DNA from: Lama glama
Lineage: Eukaryota
Assembly: GCA_028534125.1 (NCBI GenBank)
Contig: CM052818.1
Coordinates: forward strand, 35,404,001-35,468,000
Direction: 5' to 3'
Length of the DNA: 64,000 bases
Position 1 is the stretch's first letter; every line of letters starts with the position of its first letter. Both the position numbers and the translations under genes were made by a program. The notes beneath the pieces are model-generated. The model saw only the letters and a list, made by a program, of their open reading frames with translations, had not been told where the DNA came from and searched no databases. This document shows, piece by piece, positions 47,571 through 59,536 of this stretch.

Positions 47571-49439
47571 CCATTCTGTAGTCATTATATTCACTGTTAT
47601 CACTAACATGCATTGAGTGCTCACTATGTACCAGAAATCATTCTGTACTAATTCGTCTTCACAATCCTCTGTGCTAGGTATTGTTATCCCATTTTAGAGA
47701 TGGGACACATACTCTGCCATGATCAAAAGGCTCATAATGACAACACCCGAATTTCGAAACCCGTCTGCACACACTTCAAGGCTGCAGGTTGCAGCCCGTT
47801 ACCTGCCCCCACTTCACCTCTCACATGTCTTGGGATGGTCTCCGAAGGTCTCCGTGGCAGATCCCCGCTCCCTCCTCCAGGGTGTGTAGGCATGGCCCCT
47901 CACCCTTCCCTGCTCCTTCTCCATTCACCACCCCAGGGGGCTGGCTCTTTGGAGCTGGGGGGGCATGCAGGAGCTGGAAGCCAAGGCACAGGGGAACCTC
48001 AGTAAGAGAGTTCCTATTTTGTAGCTCCTACTGTGTGCAGACACTTCCACTGGTACCGTTTCCCCAAGAGAGGCTACCCTGGATCAGATTTGGATCCCCT
48101 CCCTGTTAATTTTCTGTTCAGCCCCTTGTTTGTTTCCATTGTGGTTCTTATCATACACAATGGATAATCATTTTGTTGACTCATTTATTGTGTCTCCCTC
48201 ACTAAGATGGAAATCCAGGAGGACAGGCACAGACTCCGTCTTGTCTTTACTGTATCCCCAGAAGCACAGTACATGTTTGTAGAATGAGTAACAACAGCCA
48301 GCCCGACACGTGTGGGGACCTCACAGTCTCAGAAGTCTCTTGCTGGGCTGAGCAGGTTCAGGGAGTTGTTCCCAATGTCTGGGGCCTCTGTTAGTTGCAA
48401 TTCAGCTGCATAAATGCCCAGGTTATGTCGAGAAGAGAAGCAATGTTTATTACTGAGTCCACTATATACAAGGAAACCCACCCCGCAGTTGCCAACGGTG
48501 ACTGAAATTCCCATGGGTCCAGCTTTGTGCCAAGTCCTTTACATGCATTATCTCATTTAATTTCCACACAAAGACTTTGCACCCAGGTCATTTTGCCCAT
48601 TTTACAGATGTGAAAATTGAGGCTCACAAAAAACCTCCCTGTAACTTCCCAGGTAGAAGATGGACAGAGGTGCTGTCTGACATCCCAGCCCACCAGACTG
48701 TTTCCACCCTCCAGGCTTGCTTAGAAGCAGCACCTGCCCAATGAAAGGGTCACCTGTGCCCTCAGAGCAACCTCTATCTCTACCCCTAGAGAGTGGACCA
48801 TGGGCTTTTTAAAAAATTAATACAACACGATTCTTTTTCTCCTCCATCCCTAAAGTTATGCTGATTGAACCAAATTTTTAAATAACCAAAAAAGGGGAAA
48901 AGCAAAAAATCATTCATCAACCCACCTCCCAGAGATAACTGCTGTTGGAGTTTGTTTCTCTATTTTTCTTTTGCATTAGATACATACACATTTTACTAAT
49001 TTAAAACTGTATTATTCACGAACATACTGTTTTGTACTAATTACTAACATTTATTGAGAACTCACTGTGTGCCAGATCTTATTTTTCTGTTAACATTCTA
49101 TTGTGAACATTTTCCCACCATGCTAAATATTCTTTGAAAACATCATTTTTAATGGCTACATACTATTCCACCCCATTGTCGTAGCATGATTTATTTAACC
49201 CATCCTCTGGGGACATTTAGATTATTTTCTTGTCTTTTATTTGGAGGGTGCTAATTATCAGACTATATTGAAATGAGCAAGAGGTCTATCGTGTTCCTTC
49301 ACTAATCATCGTTCTTTTACATATATTTTTGTAAAGCAAACAAAAAACAGCATAGGAGAAAAGCAGCAGAGAAGAGTATGATGGAAAGGGTGCGGTGTGC
49401 TCAGGTATCCACAGCTTGGCTGGATTTGGGGGGTCCTCG

Positions 49440-49700
49440 GGGTCTCACAACAGACTGGCAGCTTTGCCTCCAGAGGGTCCCGGCCGCCTCCCCCGACAGC
49501 CTGGGGACTTGGGGGAGGGATTGGCCTCCGCCCTGCGCGCATGCGCGCACCTCCTCCATCGGCTGCCCTAGAGGCGCTGTCCTTTCCTCGCTGTGGTTTC
49601 CTTGGGCGCAGGGAGGTCCCATCGTACCTGCGCGGGGGGCCGTGCGCGGGGCCTGGCCTCCTCATCTGCTCTGACGATCTGGGTCCCCCTGTGACCGAGA
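49440..49700. promoter_or_regulatory. Small CpG-rich promoter-like element (CCAAT + GC box + NRF1 palindrome)
   Basis: gATTGGcctccgcccTGCGCGCATGCGCGCA at 49520-49549. Confidence 0.6.
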
Positions 49701-52700
49701 CATACAGTCTGGAAGGGGCAAACAGTCTGGTAGGATTGTGTTCAGCCTGGTGTCCATACCTGGCCGTTTTCCAGCGAAACGTCTGAAGTGTAATTTCAGG
49801 TGAAAGGGCTCTGGTCTTGTATTAGCGAACTGGCCCCAGAAAGATTGTAGGCTCCCACCTGAGGAGAGTAGGGGTGCGAGAGGGCCAGCCTCCGGATTTG
49901 TGTGACGGTCTGAGAGCAGCTGGGGAAAGGGCAGAGGCGTCAGGGGCCCCCTTTCCCTGGGGAACCTTGGAGGTGTCTCTACGCAGTTCTCCGAGGAAGC
50001 GCTCTTGGATGACGCAGCGTGAGGTGGTGGGGATTGGGACTGTTGGGTGGTGGTCAGTGGCAGGAGTGTAGTGAGTAGGGGCCCTGGAGGATCTGGGTTG
50101 CAACCCTGGTCCTAGGAAAGTTATTTCACACTCTGAGCCTCAGTTTCCTCTCTTAGGAAAATGGGGGCAATAATGAGGTTATTGTGAGAATTACAGGTGA
50201 CACTGTTGTGTAAATGGTCAGCACAGGGCTGGGCTGGCCTACACTGGAGCACAATAAATGCTGTATATACCAGTGGGGGTGTGTGTGTGTGTGCGTGTGT
50301 GCGTGTGTGCGTGTGTGTGGTAGGGTCCAGGAATGGACACAGGTTTGGGATATGCACAAGGTCGCCCTGGCCCACAGCCTCCTCCCAGGGTAGACTGAGG
50401 CTGTGAACAGCCTCACGTTTTTGGTGCATTTGCCTCTGCATTTGTCCTCAACACCTGCGTTTCCAGGTTAACTGAGTCAGAGGAGGGGGCCTTGATGACT
50501 CCTGGGAGTGCAGCACCCCCGGGACTCAGCTGTGGTGGGATCTCTCCCTGGAAGTGGAGAGGGCATGTGGGGTGGGGGGCTGAGGGGTGCTGCTCTCCCT
50601 GTCCTAGCTCGCCATGGAGCAGAGTTCTGGCAGCGCTGGGGACCAGGGCAGGAGGTGGGTCCTGCTGGCAGGTGCTCACCCTTTCTGATTGTGGGTGAGG
50701 CGCTGGTAGTTCCCAGAAGGAGTAGGCCTCCTGATACGGGCCAGCTTTCACCATCCCCCTCCTGAGTCAAATTGGTAGCTAGAGGGAAGGGGCTGTTGTC
50801 CTTGAGGGCTGGGCTTTCGGGCTGCTGTGCCTAACCAGGCCGCTGCACTGCCTGTAGCTCGGAGGAGCCAGGGACCCCTGGACACCTGGAGGAGGTTCAG
50901 TTGGGCTCCCCACACCTAGCTGAGTATGACGCATGGAAAGAGGGCTGGACTCCGGGTCTGAGACCATCCCTTACTGGTTCTGACTCTTCACTTAGTGGAC
51001 CTGTTACTTGACCTCTCTGAGCTTCAGTTTGTTCATCCAAAATTGTCTTAATGTTCTGCTTTAACCAGATCCTCAGGGAGTGGCTGTGGGGAGCCCTCGG
51101 GGGTGATGGTTATTGAAACCCATGGTCAACTTGCCCTAAGGACTGGCCTCAGCAAGCGTGCAGGACCAGAGACCTAGGACTCCTTTCTCTTTCTCTCTCT
51201 CCCTCCCTCTCTCTCTCCCTCCCTCTCTCTCACAGTACATGTTTTTATCCAATTACTCAAGTCATACTTGTCCACTGAATTAAAAACATTAGAAATTAAA
51301 GGCACAAGGGAGAAAATTGAAATATCACTTGGCAATTACATGGATGTATATTTTTGTCAAAACTCATTTAACTGTACTCTTAAATACAGTGCAGTTTCTT
51401 GTATGTAAACTACATCTCAATAAAGTTTTTATTTTTAAAAATCCCACCATTATTGGCATTTTAGTATATTTACTTCTAGATTTTTATTTGTATATAGTAA
51501 ATATTCTATTATATATACATATGTAAACGTGTGTGTATAAATGTATGTATACAAACTCTAAACAACTCTCAAAGTATATGTGTGTATGTATGTGTGTATA
51601 TTTGCTTTTTAAATAAAAATGGACCATGAAGTGTGTGTCCTTCATGAAGAGCAGCTTTCGTGGACGTGGCCAGCAGCAGGCGCTCTCCACCTTCGGAAGG
51701 TCTTACCCACCGTCACTATGGAACTGGGTAGGCTGTGCACACTGGGGCCCCAGCCATGCCACAGAGCTTTGGGAACCAGAGTCCCTCCAGGTGGGGAGAG
51801 CCTGCTTGCTGAGAGCAGCATGCCCTGGGCTCAGCCAGACCTCTCTCATCAATGTCTCTGGAAGGGGCTCTCAGGCCCTGTGAGCCCCCACAGAGGAGGC
51901 ACTAGGCCTGTGGACCAGCCTAGGGAAGGAGGGACTTTGAGGTGAGAATGTCCAGGAACGTGAGGAGGGCATGGGCAGGGAGGGAGGCCCACTTGAGGGA
52001 GGAGGGGTAGTGATGGCGTGAGCTAGGTCACAAGAGGTGTGAGAAGGAACACAGAGCCCTATCTGGCTGACAGAAGGGGGCTTGGCAGAGCTTGGAGGAG
52101 GTATGAGGGTTGAGGGACGGGAGGGGAAATGCCTGGATCGATGTGGGGTTTATGAGAGAGGCAGGGCCCCAAGAACTGCAGTCCAGATTTCTCTATGGCT
52201 GGGGCCCACACTGGGAAGGTCTGATAGGTGTGCAGGGTCGCCAGGCCTGGCTGTGTAGGACGTACCATCCAGCCCAAGGGGCAGAAAGAGTGGGCAGACT
52301 GAACAACAGGGCAGTGCCACAGGGGCTGTCTTGATTCCAACAAGGAGATGCGGCCAGCTGTCACCCCGAGAGAAGCTTTCTAATCAGCTCATCCTCCACC
52401 CCCTTGAACCCCATGTGGTAAATCTTACTGTCTCTGTCAGGGTGACATATTACAGAATCACATGCTTAACAAAAAGGAAACAGGCCCTCTCAGAGTGAGG
52501 AGGGATGCGGGGTTGATTATTCACAGAACTGAGCAGACCTCAGGACCCGGCCCCAGGCCTTGGTGACTCGGCTCTCTCCCCCTCTTCTGGTCTCTCTCTT
52601 TTGCTTTCTCTCTCCTTGTCACTCTGGCTCTCTCGAGCTCTCTCCACTTCTATCTTTTCTTTTCGTCTGGCTCTGTCTGGCTTCCTTCTGTAAACAGACT

Positions 52701-53269
52701 GATTTCAACGAGGGGAAAGATGGCCACTGACAGCCCTGAATTTACATGCTTTTGGCTGACAGTCCCAGTGGAATTCTCCCAAAAGCCTTATATCTAGCTC
52801 AGGGAAGAATTCTGATTGGTCCTGCTTACTCTGGTACCATCTCATTACCGGGTACAGTCGCTGTCTCCAAAGAAACTGGGTACCCTGATTGGTCAGGCCA
52901 GAGTGAGAATAGCTAAAGGGTGGTGATGGAGTGGGGGCAGCCCCTGCTTCCAGAATGAAATGCAGTTGAAAGGGGCTGGTCAACCCAAAACAATAGCAAC
53001 CAGATGCCATCACACTTGGTTTCCAGGATGAAGACAGCAGAGGGCCTGCATCACAGAGCACACAGTCTATTCAGGGAGACTGGAACACAGCAGAAGTCAA
53101 TAAAAAATACTCGTGGCTGGCGATCCTCAGACCCTGGGAGGCTGCTCAGCTTTTGGAAAAATTAGAATAGAAATGCTGACACCTCTGTCCTGCAACTAAC
53201 TGACTGACTCACATTTCCAGGGCCACAGCAGCTTGAGGAATCAACTCTAGAAATATGGATCTAATATGG

Positions 53270-53490
53270 TAAGCATGCAGTGTGGCAAAGCAGAAGCAGC
53301 AGGCAGACCAGAGTTTGAATCCGGCTCTCTACTAGCTGCGTGATCAACTTAACTTCAAAGGCTCCATTTTCACACCTGTAAAAGGGGAACAACCAATAGC
53401 CAACTTCCTAGGGTTGTTGTGAGGATTAAGACATGTAGGTCAGGTGTGCAACAGAGCACGCACATACGTACTCAGTCAACAAGCACTCAC
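53270..53490 (+). mobile_element. MIR SINE (further MIR fragments at ~47600, ~48520, ~50110, ~50950)
   Basis: gtttgaatccggctctctactagctgcgtga...acctgtaaaagggga...gggttgttgtgaggattaa MIR core. Confidence 0.65.
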
Positions 53491-54390
53491 ATTATGGTAC
53501 TAGTCTTTGGCCCATGCTGCCAACAGTGAAATTGCTGGAATCCCAGCTCCCTCCTTCTCATCTGGGGGATCCTTCCTTCCCAGAAGTCACCCCAGGTGCC
53601 TTCCTTGGGCAGAAGTAAGGCCTCTGAGCCCTAGATGGCAGGTGGGACCTCCTTGGATGGGAGAAGGTACTTTGAAGACCTACTTTGGGTTGGTCCGTCC
53701 TGCCTTCCTGGTGAGTCTGCCCCTGGGCAGCTGCTCTGGCTGCAAGGCCCAGAAACCCTAAGCTACTTATACCAAGGAGGGCTTGGCATCAGCAGTCACG
53801 CACTTCAGGACACTCAGCTGGAGGAGGCAGAGCAGGGGTCACAGTAAGGAGGGACACCCAGACAGCTGCTCGCTCCAGCATGCCATCTCTGGGGCCATGT
53901 GCATGCTGCCTGTGGCCCTTCTTGATCATCTGTCCCTTTCCCTTGCCTCTGCCATGGCCCCTCTAAAGGGCTTGTGTCCCAGCCTTCCTAACCTCCTGTC
54001 CAGGGACCTGCCCCGGCTGACCCAGCCTCTCACGCCACACCAGGTTTCTGAGACAGAATCTGGCCAGTGTGGATGGGGTCACCAATGAGCTGGGATGGAG
54101 AATGGCTCTTGCGATGCTGAAGCCTTTCTTTCTCTCTTTCTCTCTTTCTTCCTTTCTTCTTTTCTTTCCTTTCTTTCCTTTCTTTCTGGTGTGGCCAGCT
54201 CTCAGAGGCACTGGCAGCAGGGAGGTCTGGTCCCTGGGGGAAAAGTCCAGACGGCCCTTGCCCCGACTCAGTCACCTACTCATGCCTGTGCTAAACCCCA
54301 AGCCTGCCTTGTGTTCTAGCTTCACTAATGACACGTGAAGAAGTATTTGGTGACACATGAACACCATATGAAATTCAAATGTCAGCACAA

Positions 54391-54848
54391 TATTAGCTTC
54401 CTAGGGCTGCCATAAGAAAGTGCCACAAACTGGGTGGCTTACAACCACCCAAACTTATTGTCTCATGTCCCGGAGACTTAGGTGCTGGCAGCACCACATT
54501 CCCTCTGAAGCCTTTAGGGGGGATCCTTGTGTCTTCCAGCTTCTGGTAGCCCTAGGAGTTCCTTGACTTGTGACAGCATCACTCCATCTCTGCCTCCCTA
54601 TTCACATGGTCATCTTCTCTCTGTCTTCAAATGGCACTCTCTGTGTATGTGTCCGTATCCAATATTCCTCTTCTTATAAGGACACTAGTCATTGGATTAG
54701 GGCCCACCTTAACGACCTCAACTTAACCTGATGGTATCTGCAAAGACGCTATTTCTAAATAAGGTCATATTCACAGGTACTGGGGCAGTGGGGGTGGGTG
54801 GTTAGGACTTCAACCTACCTTGTGAGGGATACAGTTCAACCCGTAACA
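54391..54848 (-). mobile_element. MLT1 (MaLR) solo LTR
   Basis: tattagcttcctagggctgccataaga...ccacaaactgggtggctta...ggattagggcccac...gttcaacccgtaaca. Confidence 0.8.
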
Positions 54849-55739
54849 ATCATCTGTAAATAAAAATGTAATGGGCTCACCACCGCATGCATTCTGTGGC
54901 TAGCTGTGACAGAGACCATATGTGAAGGGTAAAATACTTACTATCTGGCCCTTTACAGAAAATATTTTCTGTCCCGTGACTTAAAGGATAGGATAAGAAT
55001 TCAAAGGAGGAGAAGGCTGGGGGTGGGGGTGAGGGGTGCATCCTGGGTTGAGGGGACAGCAAGGCTAACCACAGTGACGGTCGGGATGTATCTGAGCAAC
55101 TATGACCCTGGGGTTCTCTCAAACAAGGCATTTCATGAGCTAGATTTAAAACACAGAGCATCTCGTGTTGAAACACCTTCAGAAGCACACCTTGGGGTTT
55201 TCTTCCAGGTGGAGAGTCCTATTCTAGAGACAAGGCCTCTTCAGCTGGAAACATCTGGAAAGCCCTTCGTCATGTCTCTTGCCTGGTGGAGAGAGGGAGG
55301 GCGGCGAGTTCTCCCCTTTTGGTAGCAGCAGGGCTCCCCACCGCAGGGCTCATCTTCCCACCAGGCTGGGGAACTGACTGTGCTATGGGCCTGGATGACA
55401 CTGCCCAAGTTCAGCAAAAGCGACCTTGAAGCAGCCCCATTAGAGAGAGAGGGCCGGCGATGAGCCCTACCTGACCGTTGAAAACTGCACCTCAAGGGAT
55501 TGTCCTTGATTTGCTAAGATCACTCAGCTAGGCCGGGCCTGGCTGGGCGGGCCCCTCGGCCTTCTGTGGCCCTGGTCTGGGCCCCTCTCCTCTCTTGACC
55601 TGCCTCTGTTGCCCATGCCTTCCTCCTCTTCTAATTGATAACACAGCAATATTAAAGAGAAACATTTAAAAGAAAATCTCTCAAATCCTACCACCTCAAC
55701 ACATTTCTACACACACACATGAGTTCTTTAAAAAACCAT

Positions 55740-55960
55740 TCCAATGAGATAAAATTGTACAGAACTAAACACACACAGAGAGGAGTGTAATAAAACTGGG
55801 AGAAATCTGAATGAGGTCAGTGGATTTTATCACTGTCAATATCCTTGTTTTGCAAGATGTTAACCATCAGGGATACAGTAAAAGTGGGAGCTCTCTGTAT
55901 TATTTCTTACAACTGCATGTGAAGCCACAATTAGCTAAATAAAACAGCAATTAAAAAAAA
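55740..55960 (+). mobile_element. L1MC-type 3' end
   Basis: ttttgcaagatgttaaccat...ctctctgtattatttcttacaactgcatgtgaa...aaataaaa. Confidence 0.65.
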
Positions 55961-56454
55961 GCAATCTAAGGAGCTGTGAGCCATGAGTATGTACCATTTC
56001 ATTTTAAACCATTTTACACTAAGATGATATTGTAAACATTCCCTGTGTTTCTGCAGCTCTGGCAATAGTCACTTACCTGCTACACAGCGCTCCATCTTGG
56101 GGGTGTGAACTCGTTTACGTAACCATTCTCCTTACTAGATCTTTTGAGCCATTGTCAATAATGCCATAAATGAACATTATTATGCATATAGCACTTTTTT
56201 CTTTTGAACTATTTCATTAGAATAAATTCCCAGCGAGTGGGAGTACTGGGCGTAAGGTTGGAGCACTGCAGCTATATTGTGTGTTATTAATTTAATGCTA
56301 TGATACCTTTATTACGGCCTTTTCCAGCGTAGACTGGCTTTTCCCGAACCTAGCGAAAATTGTCTGCTGTGCCTTTCAGCATTCAGATCTGTAGGAAAAA
56401 CCAAGGACACCCCCACCTGTTTCTACCTACACAATGTCACCTGGGATTTGAGTG

Positions 56455-56970
56455 GCAGAACGCAAGGGCAGCAAAGTTCAGCGAGAGGCGCTGTCAACCG
56501 CGTCACCCTCCCCCGAGCCTTGGCGGGCGTCCCGGGACCTCGCCGCCCCGGGGGGCGCCCACGACCTTCTCCCCAGCGACACAAGGCGGCAGAGGCGAGG
56601 AGGGGCTTGCGACTTTCCGGGAAACAGAGCGGCACTTGCTCACTCTTCGGCGCTCCTTTCGGAGCGGCACAAAGCCGTTTCTAGAACACACTGGATTCGG
56701 TTTAAAAAGCGGCTGACAAAGTGCGGCGTCCTTCGGGCGCCGGGTGGGGAGGGCCCTGGGTGATAGGCCCCCACTTCTCCGGGGAGATCGCCGCCCGGGA
56801 GGCGCGGCAGGGTGGGCCCGGGGCAGCGGCTCTTCCAGAGCTTTCTGCAGGCCCCCGGCCACTGTCCCGGAGTGAGCGGCCGCCGCGCGGAGCCGCAGGT
56901 GAGCGCTTCCAGGGCCGGAGACGCCACCGCCGTCCGGCTGGACGGCCTGCGGGCGCTAGGGGCCGCTTTC
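56455..56970. promoter_or_regulatory. Intergenic CpG island
   Basis: ~500 bp of dense CpG; STAT-type TTCCGGGAA at 56615; splice donor CAG|GTGAGC after 56898. Confidence 0.8.
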
Positions 56971-57154
56971 GTTTTGTATTTTATTTTATTCTATTTGTAT
57001 CTTATTTTATTAATTTATTTTATTATTAAAAAAACAACGTTTATTTTTATATTTTGTTTTATATTTTTATCAATTTTTATTTTGCATTTTATTTTTTATT
57101 CCAAATTCTATCATTTTTTAAAGTGGTTTTTTTTTTCAGTTTTTACGCTTATCT

Positions 57155-57307
57155 TTTTTTTCTAACTCTTTTTTGGAGAGGAGGTAATTAGGTTTATTTA
57201 TTTATTTTTATTATTATTATTTTTTAATGGAGGTGCAGGAGCTTGAACCCAGGACCTCATTCGTTCATGCTAAGCATGCACTCTACCACTGAGCTATACC
57301 CTCCCCC
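57155..57307 (-). mobile_element. tRNA-derived SINE, camelid Vic-type
   Basis: ...gaggtaattaggtttattta...gaacccaggacctc...ctctaccactgagctataccctccccc; same family as the other two copies. Confidence 0.85.
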
Positions 57308-57454
57308 TGTATTTTAAATTTTAACATCTTACTTTATATTATTTAAAAAATAATTTTATTTTACTTTGATATTTTAATTTTTGTTTAATTTTATTCTTAA
57401 TTTAACTAAAATTTTTATTTAATTTCATTAAGACTTTTTTTTTTTTTTTTTGCA

Positions 57455-57617
57455 GTTAAGATGTCCAGATAATGTACAGGATGCCCAGTTAAATTTGAGG
57501 TTCAGATAAGCAACAGGTAATTTTTCAGCATAAGTATATACCCTGTTTGGTATGTCCTGTTTAGTATATGTATGTCCCAAATATTGTCTTGCATTTTAAT
57601 TTAAATCTGGCAGCTCT
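57455..57617. mobile_element. MER53-like hAT MITE (internally deleted)
   Basis: ccagataatgtacaggatgcccagttaaatttgaggttcagataa...aaatctggcagctcta. Confidence 0.7.
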
Positions 57618-58249
57618 ATTTGTGGTTGAATGCCTTTCTTTGGAGGAAATCTGACTGAGAACCCCAGTATCTAGCAGACAAAGCAATGTGGTTCGTGTCA
57701 ACTGGGAGTAGGCAGGAGTGTGTGTCACCCAGTCTCCCAGGTACTGAGCAGGCTCCTACTAGATGTTGCAGCTTGTACCTGTGAAGGTGTCTTGTACCTG
57801 GACAACCAAATGTCTCTCCACAAGCCACTGACAGCCCCTATGGTCTGTTTACTCCACTGCAGCCCGAGTGATCTTAAAACAAGAACAACAGCAAGGACAC
57901 AATTTGGCACTATTGCAAAAGTTAATACACGCTTATTATAAAACCTCAAATCGTGAAGGCGGACATAAGGTGAAAAGTCCAAGACAGAACCCTCTCTCCC
58001 TCATTGGCAACCACCAGGCCTACTTCCCAGAGGTAACCAATTTCTTCTGCCTACTTCCATTTTTTTTCAAAGCATATCAGTACTTTTACGTATGTATGTG
58101 TGTATATAGTTGCATATACATATACGTGTGTATGTGTGCAACCTCAAGAAACAACGCAGACTTCAGCACATGCACTTTTCACTTGCAAGTGTGCACTGGA
58201 GCTCTTTCCCTACTGCCAGAGCCAGCGACCAGCGCCCTGGTGTTCCCGG

Positions 58250-59190
58250 TGATTTGCTCTTGTAGATAATGCTGCAGTGTAATCAATTCCTAGACGTGGA
58301 ATTGCTGGCTTAATGGGGACAGGCGATTAATATGTTGATAACTGCCGGCAGTGCCTCTCAGAAAGGCCTTCCAATTTCCATTTCCACAGTCTGCTTGTTC
58401 TCCTTGCCCTCACCAACACGTCCTGTCTCTTTGTCACTCTGATAGGTAAAAACTGGCAACTTATTTTGATTTGTATCTTTTAAATTACGCGTTAGGCTGA
58501 GTTTTGAATATAGCTGTTATCCACACACATCTCTTTTTCTTCTGAGTTGCTCTGCCTTCTCTTTCTGCGGGATTCTTTATTTTTGGCTTTTGAATTCTGA
58601 GCATTCTTTGTGTTTAAGGAAATTGGAACATTGTCTCTCATATTGTTGCAAATACTTCTCCCAATTTTCCAGTTGTCCTTAGACTTTCTATATTTTTGCC
58701 ATGAGATAGTTTTATGCTTTTTAGAATCAAATTAATTAATCTTATCCTTCTTGGCTTATGGAATTATTATCATACTTTTCTACTCTACAGTTACAAAAGA
58801 AATATGTTCATGCTTTCTTCTCATGCTTTCATGGTTCGATTTTTGCCTTTAGAGCTTTGAATCACCTGCAGTTTATTTTGATGTGAAGGAGAAAAGTATG
58901 GATCCGCATTTGTTTTCCAAGTGGCTAGCCACTTTCCTAGTACCGTTTACCAAGTAATCCGTTTCCCCGACTCGTGGAATGCCACCTTCATCACAGTCTA
59001 CATTTCCACATATGGTTGGGTGTATTTCTGGATTCTCTATTGTGTTCTATTGATCTTTCTGCCTATTCTTCTACGTGTGCCAAGTCACTTTATTTACTCC
59101 AGCTTTATAATATATATTGTTACCTTTTAAGATTATTTTCAGAAACTTACTATTTTCACTTATATATTTTACCAGATGAATTTTGGTGTC
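58250..59190 (-). mobile_element. Old L1M fragment (approximate)
   Basis: T-rich L1-like motifs (gttgcaaatacttctccca; ggtgtatttctggattctctattgtgttctattgatc). Confidence 0.6.
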
Positions 59191-59519
59191 ATCAGCGTAA
59201 TAGGTAGGCAGCCTGAAATATGTAATCACAAAAATAATTTAATCAGTTTTTTTTTTTTTAACTTGTTTTGTTCACAGCCATTGCCTGGAACAGTGCCTGG
59301 GACAAGGTGGGCACTCTGATAAAACTTGATTGAATGAAAGAACTAGGCATAAAACTGGCATAAGAGTGGAAGTTCCAGTAGCATCAAGTGTATTACTTTT
59401 TATTCCCTTATTTTCTGTCTTCCCTGTTGTCTCTTGTGGAGTCAGGCAACTTGTAGAATGAAAAAAAAATGTTTTCCTTAAGTTTTTGGTCAGTTTTTCC
59501 ATGATGGCACTGCACTAAG

Positions 59520-59536
59520 TGGCCACCAGAGGGCAG
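59520..59536 (+). promoter_or_regulatory. CTCF motif
   Basis: TGGCCACCAGAGGGCAG matches the CTCF core CCASYAGRKGGC. Confidence 0.7.
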
